From positions 99,696,001-99,760,000 of the forward strand of contig OX597818.1 of assembly GCA_951406725.2 (NCBI GenBank): DNA of 64,000 nucleotides. Direction: 5' to 3'. Below the pieces are notes generated by a model that was not told the origin of the DNA, made no database searches, and worked only from the letters and a program-made list of their open reading frames with translations. Shown one piece after another: positions 1-13,620 of the stretch (its first letter is position 1; each line of letters begins with the position of its first letter). Both the position numbers and the translations under genes were made by a program. This DNA comes from Octopus vulgaris. Its lineage: Eukaryota.

Positions 1-104
1 GAAACACTTCTATCACAAACCGGAAATATAGCGTTTGATATTTCAACAGGTCTGTAAATTCATTGCCCTTTGCCCAGAAATATATGAAACGTAATATTTA
101 TATG

Positions 105-327
105 TCATCTTTTACTTGTTTTTCCTCATTAGGCTGCGGCCATGCTGAGGCACTGCGTTGTATAATTTTAGTCGAACGAATGGATCCTGAATTTTTTTAA
201 AGACTGGTACTTGTTCTATCGAGTGGTCTAACCGCTAGATACGAGGACATAAAAGTATCGATGCCGGTTGTCAGGCTATGGTTAGGCATAAACAGACACA
301 GCCGACACGTATATGCACACACATATG

Positions 328-370
<43 letters not shown>

Positions 371-548
371 ATACATACACACACGCACGCGTACACACAT
401 GCACACACACATATATATAGTCTGCGGCTAACAAATCCATTCACAAAGCCTTGCTTAGCCCGAGGCTATTGTAGAAGACATTTGCCCGTTGAGCCAGGGA
501 AGCATATGGTTGGAAAGTCAACTTCTTACCGCACTGTCACACCTATAT
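105..548 (-). mobile_element. Degenerate tRNA/CORE-type SINE (family B) with internal (TA)/(TG) microsatellite
   Basis: Collinear with the better copy at 35443-35880 (tttacttgttt..ctgcggccatgctg..cacaaagcc..gcccgaggcta..gaagaca.ttgcc). Confidence 0.8.
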
Positions 549-680
549 AATGACTTCGTAGAATTGGTACAAACTCACAAACTGACTGAGAATAGACATC
601 CTCAATTTATTCTGTACGTTCCTCCTTTATCAAACAGTGAATTACTGAAAGACAGTCAACGTCAGAGAATTTGAACTAGG

Positions 681-943
681 GCGCTATGTCTTTTCGCTCG
701 ACATCACTTCACCAAACGTCTTTTCGTCCACGTCTTTTGGTCCGGCGTCTTTTTGACCGATGATTTTTTTTGTCCAACGACAAATCCAATTAATAAAATT
801 CTCAATGATTATTTGGTTTTGATGTTCACCTTGGACAAGAAGTCGTTGGACAGAAAAATCATCTGACAAAAAGACGTCGGAAGAAAAGACGTGGACGAAG
901 TGACGTTGGACAAAGTGACATCGGACGAAAAGTCGGGGTAGGC
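681..943. mobile_element. Non-autonomous foldback/MITE, probably Mutator-like (MULE)
   Basis: Imperfect ~100-bp inverted arms (684-781, 842-941) built from ~15-bp subrepeats (cgtcttttcgtcca / tggacgaaaagacg). Flanked by a perfect 9-bp direct repeat TGAACTAGG (672-680, 944-952). Confidence 0.8.
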
Positions 944-1267
944 TGAACTAGGAATGCTAAGTGCAAAACTAAAGGCCTTTCTTTCGGAGTCAATTCTTTT
1001 TGCTAGTCTGCTATTCAGACGGAAAGGTGCTAAGAGGTATGCCTCCGTCACACTGACCATAGCTGATTCTTTTTAAGAGGCTTTTTTGTAGTATACTAAA
1101 TCAGAGATGCTTAAGCGTCTCTCACAGAACCGTCTTCAATTCTTTTTCGACAAAGAACATTGCGAGTTGTTTCCTATGACTTTCTCACAGATGAAGCCAT
1201 TTCTGAGAGTGTGAGATAAGAAGAAAAGAAGAAAACATGCGCGCGCGCGTGTGTGTATGTATGTGTA

Positions 1268-1308
<41 letters not shown>

Positions 1309-2761
1309 AAGAGAGAGAGAGAGTAAACGATAAAGAGACGAAAAAAGAGAGAAAATGGAAAACTTATAGAATCGAAACCAGCATATGGAAGGATGAAAGG
1401 CAAAGTTCACCTCACTGGGAGTTGAACCTAGAATGCAGAGGACCTGATCGATTAACGCCAATTGTTTGACCGATGTTTGAACGATTCTGTCTATCGACCG
1501 CCTTTGTAAGAGTAATTCGGGATGAGAACTAAGAAGATGCAAAGTTCAGGTCTCAGAAGAGTATGTAAGTGCGTAAGAATAATGAAATGTTTATAAGCAG
1601 CAACACAAAGAGATTCGACTCGTCAAGAGCTTACTTCAAATCTGCGGTGTTTGCCAACTGAAAATGAAGCGTTTATAATCAATCAATTTCTCGTTTTCCA
1701 TAAACTCCTAATTCACTTTATATTGGACATACTCAATTCATATTAACAATTTTTACTATAACAATATGCGAAATTCGTAGAAATAATGTCTGCACAAATG
1801 TTGAAGTTAACCAAATCGATGAAGGTCCAGTAGCCAATAGGACAAACATCTGAAAAACGTACACCCGCCATTTACTGTTATATTCATTGTTTTCCTGTTA
1901 AACACGTAGAGCTCATATCGGTCTAAATATCACTGAATCCTCACCGTATCAGTAACCATATTGTCAACAGGAAAGTGTTTCGTCAAATTTCAGTGCTAAA
2001 TTCAAATCTTCTGAGAGACAACGTTTGATCTCTCTCAATCACTTTGTACAATCTCAAAAATGTTCAGTGTCATCGCGACTACTTGATGTATTATTGATGA
2101 TAATTCTTTTCATATTTTACACTCTTTCTTTGTTCTATGAACTCTTTCGTCTTGTTATTCACATAATCATCATCCTTCGAACTTTACGTTTAAATATTAA
2201 TTCTTTTTTCTCACTCAAGAATTTCCAATAGTCAATTGCTTTCTAAATTAATAAAATCAAACTGTTGTCCGATACTTAAATTCGACCTCAGGTTGTTATT
2301 GATCCGCTGAAATATTTGACATATATGTCAATATTTAAATTATAAAATAATGCCAGCCTATAGACTCAAATCATCGTAGCACAATTTTATACATAAAAAA
2401 ATGCTGAGTACCATGCTGTTTCCAGTAACGTATTTTATTCGTGGATTTCTACCCAACATTTTACTCTGTTTCGAAGAGATCTCTCACCTCTTCTATAACG
2501 ACTGTTGCTCAATAGATTTCTCAGCCAACACAAGCAAATACCCTCATATTATCCCGTCATTCTCTTCATGTATCGCCTCTCACACCAGAATACTTAACTT
2601 GGTCTTTCCTTCCCGACATCGCTATCCTCTAAAAGGCCGGTTCCCAAAATGTTTCTGTTAAACATTTATCTATAGCTGTTTAAAGCCAAACATTAAACGC
2701 ATCAATCTCATAGGTATTATCTCTACTTTTCTGATTATAACAATAGTCATATTCTAAATAT

Positions 2762-3194
2762 ATAGAAATATTAATATTTCTAAGTATCTCTAAAGGAGAC
2801 TACGGCAGCGGTACTGAATATTAATATTTATCGCCAAGCTAAAATAGGACGAAGGCTGCTGTTGATTAGCTCAAAGAGGCCGTCGCCTCTAGCTAGCTAT
2901 CCGACACACGAACCTGTGTCCATTATAACTTTCGAACAGGAGAGGTCAGCCGCTTCTCCTTGCTGGTCTGGCATCTACAGACTAGTTTCAGGGTATTTGC
3001 CCCTTATCAATGTAGAGCAGCCGAACCACGCAGGCGTCGCTATTGACAGCCTGTTCGAAGGATTATTTACCTAAATTCAGTGGAATACATCCACTGGTTT
3101 TCAAAAATAGAAGTATTAATATTTCTAAGTCTTTCTAAAGAAGACAACGGCAGCGGTACCGGATATTAATAGTTATCGCCAAGCTAACATGGCT
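2762..3194 (-). mobile_element. Retrozyme-like / Penelope-pLTR-like element, ~1.25 tandem units of ~345 bp
   Basis: ~80-bp direct repeats at 2762-2842 and 3107-3188; internal hammerhead fold; second copy at 25790-26157. Confidence 0.75.
2974..3016 (-). ncRNA. Minimal type I hammerhead ribozyme fold, U3-A8 core variant
   Basis: Minus strand reads tctaca-TTGATAA-gggg caaata ccct-GAAA-ctag-TC-tgtaga: 6-bp helix I, 4-bp helix II, palindromic helix III (actagt), GUC site. Confidence 0.7.
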
Positions 3195-3327
3195 AATATA
3201 TATATAAAAGAAAAACATGTGAGGGACCCCATTCTCTGCGCTATACTTAAAAACAGATTTGAACTCATCATAAGTAAAGCCGCTACTAATAAGAAGGCCA
3301 GTTGAATAGGAAACACCACTCCTGCTT

Positions 3328-3339
3328 CTGCTGCTGCTG

Positions 3340-3397
<58 letters not shown>

Positions 3398-3850
3398 AAG
3401 AACGTTGTCATGAACAATCCATCATACTTGAGATGCTATGGATGTATTCTTCACGTTCGCAAAAAAAAAAATAAAACAATCATTCCATCTGTCATCCTTA
3501 CCACCACAATCACCACCACCACCGCCACCACCATCACCACCGCCGCCAACGCTGCCACCACCAATACCCCCACCCACCAAAGCTGTCACCACTGCCACCA
3601 CCGCCACCGACGCCACCACCACCGCCACCGACGCCACCACTACCGCGAAGGCCATAAGCACCAGTACCGCCACTACCGTTACCTTCACCTCCACCATTAC
3701 TACGAATAACACCACCACAAACATTTTCTACTGAATACAACAATGTCCATTACATTCACCTCCACCAACCCCATTACTATTACAATCAGCACCGTTATCA
3801 CCATTATCCATCATCGTCATCATCATCACCACCACCATCATAACCGTTAT
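3328..3850. repeat. Compound trinucleotide low-complexity tract ((CTG)n, (CTA)n, (ACC)/(CAT)-rich)
   Basis: Visible simple repeats; source of the poly-Y/T/P/H ORFs. Confidence 0.9.
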
Positions 3851-4323
3851 CACCCACTCCTTCCGTCGACAATATCTATATTTTCGTTGCCTTGTCTTTA
3901 TCTTCTCTTCGTAGGCTTCGTATCCATTTAATTTAGGCGAGACAAATTGTTGTAGATGGCAGCTTAGAGCAGACTTTATTACGCCACTGTGCTAGTCACG
4001 TAGTTGGTAATGAAATTATTTCGTTAGATCGATTTATTAATCAGATCTACTTTTGCCAAATATTATCACTACTGGGTGTAAAAATACGTATTTTCTATCG
4101 TTTAGTTCACTCCAGTTTCTCCAAAAAGAAGATGGTCAAGAATGATAACATAACACCTGAAATACCAACATGTGCAACATGCAGGGTTTTCACTCTAATC
4201 TTTAAATTGTCTACATGTGTAAGTAACAGGTTTCTTACACCAAAAACTGAGCAAGTAATATGATATTAGTTTGAATAGTGAAGAACGTGGACAGTTTCCA
4301 TTTCAAATCGGTTCGAGTGTGGA

Positions 4324-4376
<53 letters not shown>

Positions 4377-4734
4377 AGGTGTGAAATATAATTAATTTAA
4401 TAAAATTAATAATTTTCACCTAGTAGTTTTTTCGGTATGGAAAATACCATATTCGGTAAGGATTATATATAATTATAATAAAGAGTTAATTGCAACAAGT
4501 TGCTTAAACCACATACCGAAAATATTATATATATATATATATCTGTAAATACTACAAATATAGGATAAAATTTGTTTCAGAAAAAATTTCATCAAATGTG
4601 GCAGCATATTAAAATACCTTTAAAGGTTAAAATTGTAAACAATTTATAAACAAGGGCAATTGAAAAATTAAAAAAATTTTTCTGTTGCTCTTGTTTATAA
4701 GTTATATATATATATATATATATATATATACGCG

Positions 4735-4821
<87 letters not shown>

Positions 4822-4930
4822 GATATATATTTGTAATATGTTTCTCTTATGTTACAAGAGTTATATAGTTAATATTAAGTAATATAGAGACAGACAAACG
4901 CAAGCACATCCATCTACCTATCTATCTGTA

Positions 4931-5013
<83 letters not shown>

Positions 5014-5687
5014 GCATCTGCCTGTCTGCCTTTTCGTCTTTCTACCTCGAACATTCATCTGTGTATATCTCTGTGTGTGTTTGTATATGTATATATGTGC
5101 GAACATAGATGTGAGTGATTTTCGTTCGTGATCACGATATAGATGAAAGGAGAGCACATTTTGTTTGACAAACTATATAAATAAAAGATGTTCACAGCCA
5201 CATATTAATACTTTTTGTACTGTATCTCCAGTGACCATATTCCCATAAATATTTAACTCTTCAGTCTCACGGCAACTATTGCGAGATATCCATGTTTATT
5301 TAAATTGTCATTAACGTGAATCTATGTAGTTGTTTATACGTCTCATATTCTTGCTCTTCAGTGTATCGATGTTATGTCTATTCATAATTCTAGTTGTGTA
5401 GTGATTTGTACTGTTTGGTATGGTGCTAGGGCTACTCGTCTGTATTGTAACTTATTCTTATGTGAAGGTACATGAGAGTCTTATATTTAATCTGATATAA
5501 GGTAACTGAGTTTTAAGTTATTAGCGCAAGTTAATCAGGGGTCTTGTGGCATACACACATTATTTGGTTATCTACTCTCTAGTAATCACCTTGGCAGTAT
5601 ACACACACACATGCATACATATATACACGCACACAAGCATACAGAGAGAGAGACACACACGCACACACATATATGTACATATATAAC

Positions 5688-6375
5688 AGGAAGCTTTATG
5701 AAAATAGACAAAAGACGAAGGCAGGTGGAAAACAAACAAACAATTGTATTAGTATGGCGCTCAGGAAATATAAATAAAACAAGTCTTTAACGTTTCGAGC
5801 CTACGCTCTTCAACAGAAAGATACACAGAGAGAAAAAAACACAGAAAGAAGGAGAGAAAAAAAATGCGTGCAGTAACTAACGAATCAACATGGCGATCTG
5901 ATTTCGGCCAGAAGTCAAAAATCAAACATGAGACGCGAGAGCGAAATTAGGGGAGATAATAGGGTTGAATGACCAGCTCCAACATAAGGCTGTGTGTGTG
6001 TGTGTGTGTATGAGAGAGTATTAGTGCGTATGAGAGGTCTGGACGTGTGTATGTATAGGGTTGGTGTATGTATTAGTATGTATTAGTACGTATTAGTATG
6101 TATAAGGGTGTGTGTGTGTGTGTGTATGAGAGAGTATTAGTGCGTATGAGAGGTCTGGACGTGTGTATGTATAGGGTTGGTGTATGTATTAGTATGTATT
6201 AGTATGTATTGGTATATATTAGTTGGTGTATGTATTAGTATGGCACATCATATATGATGTGATGTGTAAAGTCGTGTGGTGTAGTGTGGAGAGAGGAGAA
6301 TGGGGGAGGAGAAGGGGGACGGGGAGAAGAGGAGGGGGGAGAGAGGGGGAGAAGGAAGGGGAGGAGGAGGGGAAC
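5688..6375 (-). mobile_element. Penelope-like pLTR remnant (HHR family 2) with adjacent low-complexity segment and ~115-bp internal tandem duplication
   Basis: 5690-5890 is the reverse complement of 50075-50265 and 42263-42420. HHR-like fold at 5784-5821. Block gtatgagagagtattagtgcgtatgagaggtctggacg occurs at ~6008 and ~6124. Right boundary uncertain. Confidence 0.6.
5784..5821 (-). ncRNA. Minimal hammerhead-like fold, CUGUUGA core
   Basis: Minus strand: tcttt-CTGTTGA-a-gagc gtag gctc-GAAA-cg-TT-aaaga. Confidence 0.5.
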
Positions 6376-6526
6376 ATATAAAATGAGGGATCAAAATGAC
6401 CTTGGCAAATAAATATAGAACTACCTCTAAATCTATCAGGTTAAACGATTACTCGAAAGAAGAATGAAGATCAACCCAAGAAATGTCTAAACTTAATTGA
6501 AAAGTTTAAAAAACTAAAATTAATTT

Positions 6527-6800
6527 AAAATCTTGGCACTAATTCTACTGACCCTTTTTCTCGAACCTCTAAGTAACGGGGGCGTAAACATACCAACACC
6601 GGTTGCCAAGCGGGCGCAATCACACACGCATATACATACACATATATTTATAAACGATATGCAGATTTCAGTTTCTTTCTACTAAGCCTACCAACAAGCT
6701 CTGATCAGCGCGGGTCTAAAGTAGAAGATACTTACCCAAACGATCGAGCAGTGAGATGGAAACGGGTATCATGTGGTTGGGAAAGAAAAAAAATTACCAC
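6527..6800 (-). mobile_element. Degenerate SINE family B
   Basis: Partial match to 35443-35880 (taagtaacgggg..taaaca..gtagaaga.actt.cccaa..catgtggttgg). Confidence 0.6.
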
Positions 6801-6867
6801 ACACACACACACACACCCTACACACATATAATGTATACATACACACATACATACATACGTAGATAGA

Positions 6868-6909
<42 letters not shown>

Positions 6910-6936
6910 TTATTTATTTCAGTCATATCTGTTTAA

Positions 6937-6972
<36 letters not shown>

Positions 6973-6977
6973 GTATG

Positions 6978-7025
<48 letters not shown>

Positions 7026-7074
7026 TATATATATATGTAGATATATATATATATATGCACATATACCTATACAT

Positions 7075-7125
<51 letters not shown>

Positions 7126-7286
7126 TATATATATACATATGTATATATACGAGTGTATGTATACAGAAGTAGATGAAGCTAGTATATTGTAACGCTTGTA
7201 TGCGCATATACATAGACACACACACGTACACACACGCACACATTCATATGCGCGCACATACACCCGCACGCTCACACACACACACA

Positions 7287-7343
<57 letters not shown>

Positions 7344-7649
7344 TGCCAACAACATAATACTTTAGTTGTTGTTCCAAAATTTTATATATGAAGACCAAAG
7401 ATTTTTTTCGGAGAATGTTCTTCAAAAGAGATTACATTCGCTGATTTTTTGAAAATCTTTCCTCCGACCTTTTTCTTTCTCTCTGTGTTCTTCTCTCTTA
7501 ACTTCTAGAGCATAGGGTTATTGTTGCTACTGTCGTTCTTATTTTATAAAGACATTGATCATTTCTTGGATATTTTTTTTTGATATTATGACATATTAAG
7601 AGTGGCATACATACATATACAGAAGCTCGATCATACATACATACATACA

Positions 7650-7687
<38 letters not shown>

Positions 7688-7799
7688 TCTGTGTGTACAC
7701 ATACACAAATATATGTGTATGTATATATATATATATATATAATATATACATATATATGTGTATGTATATATACATATATATGTGCGTATATATATATAT

Positions 7800-7841
<42 letters not shown>

Positions 7842-7873
7842 CATCTGTAAGTACGTATACACAAATATATGTG

Positions 7874-7912
<39 letters not shown>

Positions 7913-8029
7913 ATATATATATGAATATATGTGTGTGGGTGTGTACATATACACACATATATGTGTATGCATATGTATATATATATGTATATATATATAT
8001 ATACATAGAAATATGTGTAAAGGTATATA

Positions 8030-8067
<38 letters not shown>

Positions 8068-8737
8068 CTTATATCGTACACAGATATAAACAAAGAAAAT
8101 GGGGGCAAAGAAAGAGATAGCTCTGATATCGATGTAAACGCTTTTAGTCTTAATTTATTACTCTCGTCTTGATATCTCCAATACATGAATACAAATAATT
8201 AAAAAACAAAAATAAAGACTCTACAAATATTATTGAATAAAAACTGATATCTAAATAGCCCAGAGAGAGACATTCCCATATCTCTAATGATCGGTTATTT
8301 ATTGCTATTGTTGGCCATCTTGGTGCCGTGGAAAAATTAATGCGGATTGAGTTCGTGACCCAAGTTCAATTCTCAATAGCCGACGTTCTCATTGAACCAA
8401 TAATGCTTATTGAAAGCGTTCATACTAGAAAGTCCTAGATTCCATCCAGGAGTGGAGTGGTTATACTTGGCAGGAAGGGTTGAGCCTCGGAGTAAATAGC
8501 TCTTTAGGCTTATGTATGTGAACGTATGCATCGATATCAAACCAAACTAGAGTAAACTGTGATATTTCATCAAGGAAAAGGATCATATTACTTTAAGGTA
8601 GAAATGAGGTCATGATATACAGTGAAAATGTTTGTTGTAACGACATGATTCCAGGTTCAATCTCAATGTGCAAAACCTTGAGTCAGTGGCTTCAATTGAC
8701 TAATTTCATATATTGGGCACAGAAATTGCATTCTTCA

Positions 8738-8939
8738 GTCTATCTATCTATCTATCTATCTGTCTGTCTGTCTGTCTGTCTATTTGTCTGTCTGTCTGCC
8801 TGCCTGTTTGCCTGTCTGTCTGTCTGTCTGATTGTCTACCTACCTACCTACCTTCCTACCTACCTACCTACCTACCTACCTACCTACCCACCTACCTACC
8901 TACCTACCTACCTACCTACCTACCTACCTACCTACCTAC

Positions 8940-9005
<66 letters not shown>
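8738..9005. repeat. Compound tetranucleotide microsatellite (TCTA/TCTG/CCTA)
   Basis: Directly visible. Confidence 0.95.
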
Positions 9006-9006
<1 letters not shown>

Positions 9007-9503
9007 AATATATGTATATATGTGTTATCTCCCTCTCCCTCCCTTTATCTATCTATCTCGTCTGTGTGCAGCCCTGTGTGGCTAATAAAGAAACATATCT
9101 ATCTGTCTATCTATCGTGTGTCTGTCTGCCTATCTTTCTACCTATATCTCTATGTTCGTATTCGTGGGGTCTGACGATCCAGTCGCGGCTTCGAAAGTGG
9201 AAGTTTCATGCCATTTACTCTTCTATCAGGGAGTAAGTAGAAAAAAAACGTGGATGTATATAGAAATGAAGAAAATAATCACCTAACTTTATCATAAGAA
9301 AAAGGAATTTATGCTCACCATCTTTGATCGATCCCACATACTGCAGAAAGCCGACCAGTAATGGTCTTTCACTCTCTCCATATATATATATATAGCTGTG
9401 TGAGTTTGTATACATTCATACACACATACACACACACACGTATATATGATAGCTTATGTACATAATCATATACATACAAACATACATATACACATGTATA
9501 TAT

Positions 9504-9537
<34 letters not shown>

Positions 9538-10100
9538 GTACATAAGCACGAACATAAAGGCGCATATATCGTCATAGTCAAGAATTCGCATTCATTTTCG
9601 TAGATATATCTGAGATAAACCTCTCCTTATAATATATCTAATATTTTCTGATGGAGCTCAACGCTGATGCAGCACAATTAGGCAAATCTGAGACTAAACA
9701 TTTCCTGGCATGAATGGCAGTCAATCGCAGACAGCTTTTCCTAAGGGATGAAATCACTACCCCCTAAAATCTCATGTGATATCTTTTCATTTTCTATTGC
9801 CAGCGTTACTGACATAAAGCCATATTATATTACGACTGGCTGACCACTTTGGGTAATGCGTGTCATGTGCCTTGATCCAGAACTTATCGATTAAAGTGCA
9901 TATTTTATCCCTGTTATGCTTTATAAGAAGGGATAAATGAATTGGTGATGTCTGCAAATAGTATGATATTTCGATGGTGACTCAGATGTATTGCAATGCA
10001 ATCAGATATTTAAATTAGCTGTGGCGTACACTTTCATCTTATTGAGAATTAATGTCGTACAGTGGCAAATAGCCAGATAGTGGTTGCGCGTGTATATATA

Positions 10101-10368
10101 CTCTTTACTCTTTGACTTGTTTCAGTCATTTGACTGCGGCCATGATGGAGGACGCCCTTAGTCGAAGAAATCGACCCCAGGATTTGTTCTTTGTAAGTCT
10201 AGTACTTATTCTATCGGTCTCTTTTGCCGAACCGCTAATTTACGGGCACATAAACACACCAGCATCGGTTGTCAAGCGATGTTGGGGGACAAAAACAAAC
10301 ATGCAAGCATACACACACACACACATATATATATATACATATAAACGACGGGCTTCTTTCAGTTTCCT
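10101..10368 (-). mobile_element. SINE family B, 5'-truncated
   Basis: High similarity to 35443-35740; ends at cgacgggcttctttcagtttcc inside a (TA)n tract. Confidence 0.85.
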
Positions 10369-10413
10369 ATGTATATACATACATATGTATATGTGTATAT
10401 ATGTATATATATG

Positions 10414-10447
<34 letters not shown>

Positions 10448-10459
10448 CACATATATATA

Positions 10460-10505
<46 letters not shown>

Positions 10506-10531
10506 CGTATATATATATATATATAAATACG

Positions 10532-10562
<31 letters not shown>

Positions 10563-11683
10563 TATCCTACTTATCTATGTATGTGTTTGATATATATATA
10601 TGTATATATATATATGCATACATGTATTTATATATGTGTGTATATATAGTGTATCTATCTCTCTCTATATATATTTATGCATGTAGAGTATGTATGCAGA
10701 AATTTTTGTATGTATGTATGTGTGTGTATATAGTGTAGAATCTCTGTACCACAGTCTGGGCTTTTCTAATGATTTCTTTCTTTACTTGTTTCATAAATTT
10801 TCATCAAGTTTCTGTGTTCCGTGACGCAATATTTATGTAAAAACTGTTTGCTTTCGAAATGATGTACATTAACATCATAGTTGTTGTACTGCGCTGTTAA
10901 CTTTGCTTTTGAAGAAACACTTGTCTGCGTTTATGGGCCTGTATATCTAGTCATTATAAACAGATTATTTCTATAGTTGAGTTATACGTTATTATATGAT
11001 ATAACGAATGCAGTTCAGTAATATATTTCATAATTGTTTTGTCCTGCGATGCTAAGTTCATCTTCTCTCAATAGTTATTGCATCGGTGGACTTTAATTTC
11101 TAGCTGAATGTACACCACAGGCAATCACAAGAAAAGAGATGAGCCAACCTTAAGTGGTCAAACGGTTTACCAAATATAGCTACCATATCTCCATCAAATC
11201 AGTGTAGATAAATGATTTTTGAAAATGTTGTGCTTCAAAAACAGTAAGGAATAAAGAAACAGCACGACTATGGTAGAGTGCCTTGTAGTATAAGTGCACT
11301 CAATCAAGATTAGCCTCCGGATAATTAACAACAACAGGTGCATCATCAACAAGAACAAACACAACATAAGGACTTCAGAAAAATGACAGCTCTTCTGTAA
11401 AACCTCGCCATGCAAGCTGCTTAAAGAAATTTCAAAGGAAATATTACTTTCACGTAACATTCACAGCTTTCTTACTCTGAATATAACAAAGAGGTTCTAC
11501 CAGAATATGCCATACTAAGAAAACTGGAATAATGTAGCTCTGAGTATTTTGTCCTTGAATTGAAATAGAACAGTTTATGGTTGGGCAGCTGTTGATGTAT
11601 GTCTGCCCGATTAAAGCTAAATTGCAAAAACAATAATTACTCATAAAAAAAATTGCACTGCTCTTCATAAGTATCCGCCACAT

Positions 11684-12222
11684 ATTTATTGCCCACAAGG
11701 GGCTAAACATAGAGGGGACAAACAAGGACATACAAAGGGATTAAGTTGATTACATCAACCCCAGTGCGTAACTGGTACTTAATTTATCGACCCTGAAAGG
11801 CTGAGAGGCAAAGTTGACTTCGGCGGCATCTGAACTCAGAACGTAGCGGCAGACGAAATACCTATTTCTTTACTACCCACCGTGGGTTAAACATAGAGTG
11901 GACAAACAAGGACAGACAAATGGATTAAATCGATTATATCGACACCAGTGCGTAACTGGTACTTAATTTATCTGCCCCTAAAAGATTGAAGGGCAAATTC
12001 GACCTCGGCGGAATTTGTACTCAGAACGTAAATGCAGACGAAATACCTATTTCTTTACTACCCACAGTGGGCTAAACATAGATTGGACAACTTAATTTAT
12101 CGACCCCGAAAGGCTGAAAGGCGAAGTCGACCTTAGCGGAATTTGTACTCAGAACGTAACGGCAAACGAAATACTGCTAAGCATTTCGCTCGGAGTGCTA
12201 ACATTTCTGCCAGCTCGCCGCC
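11684..12222 (-). mobile_element. SINE family A trimer (one tRNA-like head plus three body units)
   Basis: Head ggcggcgagctggcagaa ends at 12222. Two junctions gaaata-cc-tatttc at ~11860 and ~12045. The head-proximal unit has an internal deletion. Confidence 0.9.
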
Positions 12223-12225
12223 TTA

Positions 12226-12287
12226 TCATAATAATAATAATAATGATAATAATAATAATAATGATAATAATAATAATAATAATAATG

Positions 12288-12359
<72 letters not shown>
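12226..12359. repeat. (AAT)n microsatellite
   Basis: Directly visible. Confidence 0.95.
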
Positions 12360-12360
<1 letters not shown>

Positions 12361-12912
12361 ACACAAATACAAAGCAGAAACGTATTTACTTTACTTGTTG
12401 GTGTCTTAATTATTTTTGCTACAGTGAAGGTACAAACAGTAAAAAACCGAAACGATATGGTAGCTTCCGTATTATAAATAATGTAGGAAAAGAAATGAAG
12501 AAAGCGCAGTCGCATACATACACATGTGCACATGAATATGAGCTACATATATAAATACACACGCACAAACACATGTATGTAAATGTATGTTTGTATGTAT
12601 GTGAGTATGTAGAACCAGCCATCCAGCATGCCAACAACCCGAACGACCAACTGACTAACCAATCTATCAAAGAAACGGTAAACGAGTAACAAATCTACTC
12701 ATACTCAATAGCTAAAATACATATAAGTATACTTATACACAAAGAGATTTATCAAGGAAAAAAAAAAAAACGCGCATGAACTCAGAGAGATTCTTCTTTT
12801 TTTTTGTTGTTTGTTTGATTGAAACAACCAAAAAAAAAAAACACGAACAAATGTAACTATTGATTCCTGGTTTCTTGAAGAAAAAAGTAATTCCGCCTAC
12901 TACGTAGAATTG

Positions 12913-12964
<52 letters not shown>

Positions 12965-13085
12965 GGGGGGAATAGCGAGAAAGAGAGACAGAGAGCGAGA
13001 GCCTGCATGAGAAAGAGCAAGTATTATTGGGATTTAAGAAAGAACGAAAGCCATAGGTATATATATATACATATAAGTTTATACA

Positions 13086-13141
<56 letters not shown>

Positions 13142-13508
13142 TACATATATGCACACAACCACAAAGACACACAGACACACTCACATACATGCAACCCTCT
13201 CATACATATATTGGTATACGTGTATAATCATATACGCATTCATATATCTATATGTACATGCTTACATAAACGCATATTATAACACATATAAACGAGAATA
13301 CATACTTACGTATATGCATGAATGTATTTATGTATGTATATAAGTATGTATGTATGTATTTATCTATCTATTTGTATATATATGTAGATATGTTGCTAGT
13401 TCATACACGACTTCGTCTTTTGTTTTCTATAAATTTCACATGTATTTCTATATACTCTCACATGTATTTGAATATGTATGCCTGTATGATCTGTATATTT
13501 GAACTTTA

Positions 13509-13620
<112 letters not shown>

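Noticed and set aside
3438-3734. Pro/Thr-rich mucin- or extensin-like ORF
   Set aside because: Degenerate (ACC)n tract, open in several frames on both strands, with no splice or domain support.
4377-4700. HHR-like words on the minus strand (CCGAATA..GAAA and TTGATGA..GAAA) between TA tracts
   Set aside because: Convincing helices I and III could not be built. Probably repeat remnants, but not supportable as ribozymes.
11684-12222. CRISPR-like or satellite array
   Set aside because: The units are whole SINE bodies without unique spacers, in a eukaryotic context.
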